In this document: piece after piece, positions 38,584-49,322 of the stretch
How the letters are laid out: every line of letters starts with the position of its first letter
How positions within the stretch are numbered: position 1 is the first letter of the stretch
Origin: Candidatus Gastranaerophilales bacterium
Lineage (GTDB): Bacteria; Cyanobacteriota; Vampirovibrionia; Gastranaerophilales; Gastranaerophilaceae
Length of the DNA: 64,000 nucleotides
Assembly (NCBI GenBank): GCA_944325145.1
Contig: CALYDL010000003.1
Location: forward strand, 30,559 to 94,558
Reading direction: 5' to 3'
The notes under the pieces: generated by a model
The model's input: the letters and a program-made list of their open reading frames with translations, nothing else
Databases searched by the model: none
Told to the model about the DNA's origin: nothing
Program-made: the position numbers and the translations under genes

Positions 38584-39469
38584 AAGGGGGCATGGTTTGC
38601 AAAATAAAAAAATATTAGTGCATCTGCACCTTTATTATCAAAACCAATTAAATTATTTTATAAAAAAATTAAAAAATATAACTTGCGAATTTGATTTAAT
38701 TGTTACCCTTGCAAATGAAAACCCCAAATTAACGGAAAAAATTAAACAATTTAAACCTAATGCCAAAATTTTGGTTGTTGAAAATTTGGGCTATGATGTT
38801 TACCCGTTTATTCAAGCCATAAATGAAACCGAACTTAAAAATTACGATTATATTTTAAAAATTCACACAAAAAACAAAAGAAAAGAATATAAGAAATTTA
38901 AAAAACTTCTTCACCATGGCTTTGATTGGCGCAATTTGCTTGTTTCTTCCTTAATTGGTTCTAAAAAAGTTTTTAACAACAATTTAAAACTTTTGGAAAA
39001 CGAAAAAACAGGCATGGTTTCAGACAATATTTTTATACATAAAATTCAAAATCAAAGCGTCAGAAATTTTGAATATACAAATGAAATTATGCAAAAATTT
39101 GCTTGCATGGATGACAAAGCAACATTTTCAACAGGCACAATGTTTCTTATTAAAAGAGAAATAGTTGAAAAAATAAAAAGTTTTAATTTTACAAAAGAAG
39201 ATTTTACATCCCATGGCGACAAACAAATGAAAACAGGCAATTTGGGGCAATTTGCCCATGCCATGGAAGCTTTTTTCGGCGCAGTTGTAGCTGATATGGG
39301 ATATGAACATATAGGCGCTTCTGATTTTTGGCAGCATTTCTTCTTTTATTTAAAACAGCCCTATTACAGAATTAAAAGGGGAATTTTTTCAATTGAACAC
39401 AAGTTTGACGGAACTGTTGTTTTAATCATCTTGTTTAAAAAAATGAAACTAAAACAAAAGAAAAAATAA
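38573..39469 (+). CDS. rhamnan-synthesis protein F (RgpF)-like protein
   Basis: 298 aa. ILVHLHLYYQNQL..FDLIVT pattern. Start uncertain: TTG 38573, or TTG 38597 after AAAGGGGG. Confidence 0.55.
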   Translation: MKFKRGHGLQNKKILVHLHLYYQNQLNYFIKKLKNITCEFDLIVTLANENPKLTEKIKQFKPNAKILVVENLGYDVYPFIQAINETELKNYDYILKIHTKNKRKEYKKFKKLLHHGFDWRNLLVSSLIGSKKVFNNNLKLLENEKTGMVSDNIFIHKIQNQSVRNFEYTNEIMQKFACMDDKATFSTGTMFLIKREIVEKIKSFNFTKEDFTSHGDKQMKTGNLGQFAHAMEAFFGAVVADMGYEHIGASDFWQHFFFYLKQPYYRIKRGIFSIEHKFDGTVVLIILFKKMKLKQKKK

Positions 39470-39632
39470 AAATCCATGCCAAAATTAATGTTTGAATAAG
39501 ATTTTAAATCCCAAAAAATAAAAATAAAACTAAAATAAAAAATATGGACATGGGAAAATGGTTGCTATATTTGAATTTTAGAATAATTATTAACAAATGT
39601 TAAACAGTTACAAAATAATTTTAAAAAAACGC

Positions 39633-39660
39633 TTGCAATTTTTTCTTGAAGAGTTAAATT
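39633..39660 (+). promoter_or_regulatory. rRNA promoter candidate P1
   Basis: TTGCAA, 16 nt spacer, TAAATT, preceded by an A-run. Confidence 0.45.
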
Positions 39661-39758
39661 AATAATCATTGAAAGACAGCACATTCTCAAACGAATCACC
39701 ACACTAAGTTAAACATTAACAACGAGAGAACCAAGTGAAATAAAATTTAAAAAATCAC

Positions 39759-39786
39759 TTGACAATAAATTTTGAGATGTTAAGCT
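39759..39786 (+). promoter_or_regulatory. rRNA promoter candidate P2
   Basis: TTGACA, 16 nt spacer, TAAGCT, preceded by an A-run. Shares the ..CTTGAC..TTGAGATG.TAAG.. frame with P3 and P4. Confidence 0.55.
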
Positions 39787-39873
39787 GTTAAAGCTGACCT
39801 TTTACAAGCTAACATTTTAAACTGGAAAAATTTCTCAAGTTTCAACAATTAAGTTGATTTAAAAAATAACCGC

Positions 39874-39901
39874 TTGACATTAAAACTTGAGATGATAAGC
39901 T
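39874..39901 (+). promoter_or_regulatory. rRNA promoter candidate P3
   Basis: TTGACA, 16 nt spacer, TAAGCT, preceded by AAAAAATAACCGC. Confidence 0.55.
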
Positions 39902-39972
39902 TGTTAAGCACGGGTTACCAAAACCCAAAATCTTGAGTGTAAACTTAAGTTAAGAAAATAAAAAATTAACGC

Positions 39973-40000
39973 TTGACTTTAAAACTTGAGATGATAAGAT
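39973..40000 (+). promoter_or_regulatory. rRNA promoter candidate P4
   Basis: TTGACT, 16 nt spacer, TAAGAT, preceded by AAAAAATTAACGC. Confidence 0.6.
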
Positions 40001-40097
40001 ACTAAAGGCGGTTGAAACGCCTTCTGGTAAAGGGATGGTTAAAGCTGATTAAAGGCTTATTTTAAAGCGCCCTTTATAATGTAAAAGATTTATTCTT

Positions 40098-40109
40098 GAA
40101 CATTGAAAA
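40098..40109 (+). promoter_or_regulatory. BoxA-like antitermination motif in the rRNA leader
   Basis: GAACATTGAAAA, compared with the cyanobacterial BoxA GAACCTTGAAAA. Confidence 0.5.
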
Positions 40110-40235
40110 TAGAATAACATAATACAAACGACAAATACCTGTTGATTTTTTTAAGAAAAACAATCGGACAAAAGCTAAAGCTTTAAATTTTGAGTCAATC
40201 ACTTCTTTCTGAAGTGTCAGACATAAATTTCTGAC

Positions 40236-41754
<1,519 letters not shown>

Positions 41755-41944
41755 TAGGGAGATTTCGGTAGCGATTGAATTTCAATCAGCGTATAAAACC
41801 GACATCCCAAGGTCGATACCGATATAAAGATTAATTTGTTTATGATTGTTTTATCAAGTTAATCAAGGTATCAAAAAAATCGACAGGTATTTGCAGTTTG
41901 TTTTTGTTTATGTTATTCTTCTTTCAGTGTTCAAACTGAAAACC

Positions 41945-41956
41945 GCACATTGAAAA
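41945..41956 (+). promoter_or_regulatory. BoxA-like motif in the 16S-23S spacer
   Basis: GCACATTGAAAA, just 5' of the outer 23S processing-stem strand. Confidence 0.45.
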
Positions 41957-42040
41957 TTACATATAGATAATAAGCGTAAGTTAACTAAATCGAAATTATT
42001 TTCTGAAAAGTTAATAACGTAATTGAACCAATGTAAGAAA

Positions 42041-42169
42041 GCGTAAGCCGGTGCTGATATGAGCCGTGTTGAACGGCGAATGAAGCACTACGATGGCGAC
42101 GTAGGATAATTGAACCTTGCGAACGACAGCGAATGCGAAGTGAGCAAAAGGTGAAATACCCACAGGAGC
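42041..42169 (+). repeat. diverged copy (E) of the hairpin-repeat core inside the 23S leader
   Basis: GCGTAAGCCGG..hairpin GCCGT-GTTGA-ACGGC (42063-42077)..GGCGACGTAGGATAAT..GCGAAC..GTGAGC..ATACCCACAGGAGC. Confidence 0.85.
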
Positions 42170-42187
42170 CATAAAAGGTTTACGACA

Positions 42188-45192
<3,005 letters not shown>

Positions 45193-45311
45193 TGAATCTT
45201 AGCAAAACACCAAAATGCTAAGTTTATTGGTTCAAAATATTATCTGTATGTAACTTTCAGCGTGTTGGCTGTGAGTTCAATCTCAAAATCAGCTGAACAC
45301 TAACCGGATTT

Positions 45312-45427
45312 TCTGGTGGCCAGGCGGCAGGATCCCACCCGTTCCCATCCCGAACACGGTCGTAAAGACTGCTTGCGCTGACAATACTTGGAGGGTAGCC
45401 TCCTGGGAAGATAAGTAGCTGCCAGAT
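45312..45427 (+). rRNA. rrf: 5S ribosomal RNA
   Basis: TCTGGTGGCC..CCCGTTCCCATCCCGAACACGG..GCTGCCAGA; termini pair. Confidence 0.9.
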
Positions 45428-45443
45428 TCTATATTTAAAAAAA

Positions 45444-45476
45444 TAACCTTTAAGAAATATCTTAGAGGTTATTTTT
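45444..45476 (+). terminator. rRNA operon terminator
   Basis: TAACCTTTAAG-AAATAT-CTTAGAGGTTA followed by TTTTTT. Confidence 0.7.
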
Positions 45477-45500
45477 TATCTATTTTTTATATCAGCCTTC

Positions 45501-45670
45501 GCTCCCCCTCACAATACTTTTAGGGTAGTCGCTCCTTTTGAAGATAAAGTAGCTTTCAAATTCTATATTAAAAAAAAGTAACCTTTAAGAATTATCTTAG
45601 AGGTTATTTTTTATCTATTTTTTTATCAGCCTTCGATTCCCCTAACAATACTTTTAGGGTAGTCGCTTTT
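45501..45670 (+). repeat. degenerate tandem copies of the 5S 3' half plus terminator
   Basis: CACAATACTTTTAGGGTAGTCGCTCCTTTTGAAGATAAAGTAGCTTTCAAATTCTATATT.. mirrors 45380-45500, including a second terminator hairpin at about 45578-45611. A third partial copy starts about 45634. Confidence 0.8.
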
Positions 45671-45699
45671 ACTATTTATGTTTTTCTTCTCCAAACTTT

Positions 45700-46072
45700 A
45701 AAAGTTCAAACGGTTCAACACCTAATTTATCTGCTTGTTTTGCCTCTGTTAATTCTGAAGTATTTGATATTGATGAAAACCAAACAGTTACTGTTTGTGG
45801 CGGCTGTGGTTCATATGGAATGAAGCATAATCCAAATAGTACAAATAAAGTTCCTTGTGCAATTATAGTTGATGTAAATGGTGACAGAAAGCCTACACCA
45901 CAATTTGCTTGTGCAACTGAAGAAGAATGTGGAAGTAATAGTTTTAAATATTTTTCACCTGATATTAAAACTAAAAAAAATCCATGATATTTTTACGATT
46001 TTAATCACTGAAGATAGGGCAATTCCCTATGGCGTTGCAGCGCAAAAAGCTATGTATCAAGCACAGAAATAG
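45700..46072 (+). pseudogene. 5'-truncated, frameshifted pilin paralog
   Basis: Encodes ..VTVCGGCGSYGMKHNPNSTNKVPCAIIVDVNGDRKPTP.., then stops after an A8 run (45973-45980). The +1 frame continues DIFTILITEDRAIPYGVAAQKAMYQAQK*. No N-terminal prepilin segment. 5' boundary approximate. Confidence 0.8.
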
Positions 46073-46090
46073 TTTATTTTGGTGCTAAAT

Positions 46091-46408
46091 TTATTTTTCA
46101 AATTCAATTGCTTTATAAAATTTATAAATTGCCTTTAAAATTTTCTTGTCTTTAATAGCCTTAATAATTTCTTCTTCCATTTCTTCTTCGCAAACGGGGT
46201 CAAAATAATAAAATTCATATGGCTTAACATTCATAACTTCTGAAAGCTTTTGCAGAGTATCGGGCGATGGGGCAAATTTCCCTGTTTCAATATAGCTTAA
46301 ACTTTGTGGTTCAATTCCAATAAGTTCGCTTAATTGCTCTTGGGTAAAACCTCTGTTTTTTCTAATAGCTTTAATTTTTTGCCCAATAAAAACTTTTATG
46401 TCTTTCAT
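46091..46408 (-). CDS. XRE-family HTH regulator
   Basis: 105 aa. RGFTQEQLSELIGIEPQSLSYIETGK. Divergent from pilin paralog 2. Confidence 0.8.
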   Translation of the reverse strand: MKDIKVFIGQKIKAIRKNRGFTQEQLSELIGIEPQSLSYIETGKFAPSPDTLQKLSEVMNVKPYEFYYFDPVCEEEMEEEIIKAIKDKKILKAIYKFYKAIEFEK

Positions 46409-46545
46409 TAAAAAACTCCATTTTGAAAAGTAATAACAGAATTTACCCCTTAATTACATAGACTAATTGTTTAAAATATAATGAAAAATAAAATAAATAC
46501 TTTATAATATATAAAGAAATAGTTTAAATTTTGGAGAATTTTTAA

Positions 46546-47280
46546 ATGTATAAATTAAAAGCTTTCACACTGGCAGAAGTTTTAATAACTCTTGCTATCA
46601 TTGGCGTAGTTGCAGCAATATCTATTCCAAGTGTTATTTCAAACTCTCAACAACAAGAATTTAAAACTGGATTAAGAAAAGCCGTCAGCGTGCTAAATTC
46701 AGCTATTACTATGAATATGGCAATTGATGGCGAAACACCATATGAAAATAAAGATTTATACTATTATCTACAAAGGCATATGGGGGTTTTAAAAACAACG
46801 TTAAGGATGCCATATAATACAGTAACAAAAAGGAATGACGGCAGAACTAATTCAAATACTGACAATGCTGCTTTTTATACAACAGATGGTTTTAGATATG
46901 AATTTAACATCTCAAAAGTTGGTGACACCGCAGAAACACTAAAACTCCATGAAAGCAACGTTTATGCTTGTTCGGCAACTCACCCTGTAAATTTAGGCTG
47001 GGTTACTTGCGGCGGGTGCGGTAGCTATGGGCTAAACCATAATCCAAATGGCACAACAAAACCCCCTTGTCTTATTATGGTTGATGTAAACGGCGATAAA
47101 AAACCAACGCCATCAAATGTTAATTGCCAAAGTCCGGAGTGTGTTTCTCAAAATTTGTACAAAGTGCCACTTCCGGCTGAAAAGAAAGTTCGCGATATAT
47201 TTTCAATTTTAATAACAGAAGATAGGGCGATTCCTTACGGGGTGACAGCACAAAAAGCAATGTATCAGGCACAAAAGTAA
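46546..47280 (+). CDS. type IV pilin-like protein, paralog 2
   Basis: 244 aa. MYKLKA|FTLAEVLITLAIIGVVAAISIPS (Ala at -1), CGGCGSYGLNHNPNGTTKPPC, C-terminal AIPYGVTAQKAMYQAQK. Confidence 0.85.
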   Translation: MYKLKAFTLAEVLITLAIIGVVAAISIPSVISNSQQQEFKTGLRKAVSVLNSAITMNMAIDGETPYENKDLYYYLQRHMGVLKTTLRMPYNTVTKRNDGRTNSNTDNAAFYTTDGFRYEFNISKVGDTAETLKLHESNVYACSATHPVNLGWVTCGGCGSYGLNHNPNGTTKPPCLIMVDVNGDKKPTPSNVNCQSPECVSQNLYKVPLPAEKKVRDIFSILITEDRAIPYGVTAQKAMYQAQK

Positions 47281-47281
47281 T

Positions 47282-47620
47282 GCGTAAGCCAGAGCGAAGC
47301 TCAATGCGTTGAGCATTGAGTGCAGCTGTTGAATGGCGACGTAGGATAATCAAAGCTTGTGAGCAAGAACGCAAGTGAAAGCGAACAAAAGCTTTGATAC
47401 CCACAGGAGCAAAATAAAAGGTGTGTGAAGTTTTTAAAGTGTGATGAACACTTTAAAAACGAAACCGTTCCAAACCGCCGTTATGAAGCGGAGTTGAAAA
47501 CGAAGCGGAATGAACAAATCTTAGTAAAAATAAGAAGCGGTGCGACTTTGTCGCATAAGCTCTATTTTTACTGATTTGACAGGCGGAAGAAAGAAAGCAT
47601 AAAGCCAGATTGGAAATAAT
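47282..47620 (+). repeat. modular hairpin-repeat array C
   Basis: GCGTAAGCCAGAGCG starts 2 nt after the pilin stop. Contains hairpin 47299-47321, core to 47410, hairpin with TGATGAA loop at about 47431-47459, and the long hairpin module 47507-47587. Confidence 0.9.
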
Positions 47621-47635
47621 TTTATCCTTTCATTT
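47621..47635. repeat. box TTTATCCTTTCATTT (copy c)
   Basis: Complement of the pilin RBS box. Sits between array C and the terminator. Confidence 0.7.
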
Positions 47636-47640
47636 ATAAA

Positions 47641-47675
47641 AGCTCAAAGAATTATTCTTTGAGCTTATTTTTTTT
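47641..47675 (+). terminator. intrinsic terminator
   Basis: AGCTCAAAG-AATTATT-CTTTGAGCT followed by TATTTTTTTT. Confidence 0.75.
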
Positions 47676-47689
47676 ACCCATAAAAAATG

Positions 47690-47875
47690 CCCCATAATGT
47701 TCATTATGTTGCATTCAAGTTCTATAACCTTATATTATCATTATTTTAACCTTTGTTCAAGACTTGTTTTTTTATTATTTTTTATATTTTTCATTTTCTT
47801 TCATTCAATAATATCAACATTTTCTACCCCAACGCAACAAATTGAACATTTTGTTGCGTTTAAAAATTAATCGCA
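47690..47875. promoter_or_regulatory. conserved far-upstream block X of pilin locus 2
   Basis: Reverse complement aligns by eye to 27225-27415. Confidence 0.7.
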
Positions 47876-47894
47876 CATTAAAAAACAAATAAGC

Positions 47895-48148
47895 CTTTTA
47901 AAATTGTTTACTTTTACTGAAAGGCGAGGCGTCGGGGCGGGAGTGACCTTTATAGAGAATAAGCAATATTCTTTTAAAATCTAATTTTCTTAATTAATAA
48001 CGAAGCCCCGACTCTGAGCAACTTAAGGAGTAAACAATTTTAAAAGAAAAGATTAAACTTATTCATTTAAGCCAACGTTTCTTTCTTTTCCTGCCTATTT
48101 TCTTTCTTTGCGTGCGGCGTTTGAGCCAAAGAAAGAAAATAGGCAAAG
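47895..48148. promoter_or_regulatory. pilin-upstream segment S (locus 2)
   Basis: A perfect 18-bp IR (47895-47912 / 48029-48046) encloses a 116-nt core. It is followed by conserved GAAAAGATTAAACTTATTCATTTAAGCC and a long polypyrimidine/polypurine hairpin (about 48078-48148). Confidence 0.8.
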
Positions 48149-48159
48149 AGCAATTAAAT

Positions 48160-48173
48160 AATGAAAGGATAAA
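48160..48173. repeat. box AATGAAAGGATAAA (copy d), the RBS region of pilin paralog 3
   Basis: Immediately upstream of ATG 48176. Inverted partner of copies c and e. Confidence 0.7.
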
Positions 48174-48175
48174 TT

Positions 48176-48907
48176 ATGAAAAGATTTTATGGGTTTACAT
48201 TAGCGGAAGTGCTTATCACGCTTGCTATCATTGGCGTAGTTGCCGCAATTTCTATTCCAAGTGTTATTTCAAACTCTCAACAACAAGAATTTAAAACAGG
48301 CTTAAGAAAAGCAGTTTCTGTTTTAAATAGTGCCATAACTATGAATATGGCAATAGATGGCGAAACACCATATGATAATAAAGATTTATTTGGATATTTA
48401 ACAAGACATATGAGCACCTTGAAAGCTCCTGCAACAATTGATTTTGCTTATTATTATAAGTCTCATGACGGCAGCGTGACTGTTGGCGGACATAATTATG
48501 GTTTTTATACAACTGATGGTATTAGATTTGAGTATTATGGTTCTGCAAAAAATACCAATTTCCCTGGGCCAAAACTTCATGAAAGCGGTGTTAGGTCGTG
48601 TGTAAATAATGCTGATGGTTTTTGCGGCGGTTGTGGGTCATATGGCCTCAATCATAATCCCAATGGTACAACTAAACCCCCATGCGCTATTTTAGTTGAT
48701 GTAAATGGCGACAAAAAACCATATCCGGGCAATGTAAATTGCAAGTGGGCAGATGGTGTGAAATGTTTTGGTAAATATAATGTATTAAAAGGCCCGCTTC
48801 CGGGTGAAAAGAAAATTAAAGATATTTTTACAATTTTAATCACAGATGAAAAAGCCATTCCCTATGGCGTAACTGCGCAAAAGGCAATGTATCAGGCACA
48901 GAAGTAA
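48176..48907 (+). CDS. type IV pilin-like protein, paralog 3
   Basis: 243 aa. MKRFYG|FTLAEVLITLAIIGVVAAISIPS, CGGCGSYGLNHNPNGTTKPPC, C-terminal AIPYGVTAQKAMYQAQK. Confidence 0.85.
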   Translation: MKRFYGFTLAEVLITLAIIGVVAAISIPSVISNSQQQEFKTGLRKAVSVLNSAITMNMAIDGETPYDNKDLFGYLTRHMSTLKAPATIDFAYYYKSHDGSVTVGGHNYGFYTTDGIRFEYYGSAKNTNFPGPKLHESGVRSCVNNADGFCGGCGSYGLNHNPNGTTKPPCAILVDVNGDKKPYPGNVNCKWADGVKCFGKYNVLKGPLPGEKKIKDIFTILITDEKAIPYGVTAQKAMYQAQK

Positions 48908-48908
48908 T

Positions 48909-49135
48909 GCGTAAGCCAGAGCGAAGCTCAATGCGTTGAGCATTGAGCGCAGCTGTTGAATGGCGACGTAGGATAATCAAAGCTTGTGAGCAAGAACGCA
49001 AGTGAAAGCGAACAAAAGCTTTGATACCCACAGGAGCAAAATAAAAGGTGTGTGAAATTTTTAAAGTGTGATGAACACTTTAAAAATGAAACCGTTCCAA
49101 GCTGCCGTTATGAAGCGAAGTTGAAAACGAAGGAA
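48909..49135 (+). repeat. modular hairpin-repeat array D
   Basis: GCGTAAGCCAGAGCG starts 2 nt after the pilin stop. Contains hairpin 48926-48948 and core to about 49037. Same as array C but lacks the long hairpin module. Confidence 0.9.
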
Positions 49136-49143
49136 AAAACAAA

Positions 49144-49157
49144 TTTATCCTTTCATT
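49144..49157. repeat. box TTTATCCTTTCATT (copy e)
   Basis: Between array D and the terminator. A degenerate further copy, TATCTTTTCATTC, is at 49261-49273. Confidence 0.7.
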
Positions 49158-49162
49158 AAATA

Positions 49163-49192
49163 AGCTCATCATTTGATGGGCTTTGCTTTTTT
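49163..49192 (+). terminator. intrinsic terminator
   Basis: AGCTCATC-ATTT-GATGGGCT followed by TTGCTTTTTT. Confidence 0.65.
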
Positions 49193-49322
49193 ATTAAAGG
49201 CAGTTGGTTGTTGGGCTGAAAGCCCAACCTATTTTCTAGAAAGGCTGAGATAGCTTAATTTATCTTTTCATTCATAAAAGCCCATCATTTGATGGGTTTT
49301 ATTTTTGTTCATAACAATATTT

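Noticed and set aside
41755-42187. Looked for tRNA-Ile and tRNA-Ala genes in the 16S-23S spacer, and for tRNAs elsewhere in the window.
   Set aside because: No cloverleaf-compatible sequence or conserved T-loop found by eye. The only GGTTCGAA-like string (about 43005) is inside 23S.
47913-48028. Considered whether the conserved G+C-rich core upstream of the pilin genes is a c-di-GMP (GEMM-I/II) or other known riboswitch, since these often precede pilin genes.
   Set aside because: I could not match the conserved blocks to any riboswitch consensus I know. The proposed internal pairing (GTCGGGGC/GCCCCGAC) is not maintained at locus 1. At locus 1 the element is antisense to the gene. It needs an Rfam scan before any such claim.
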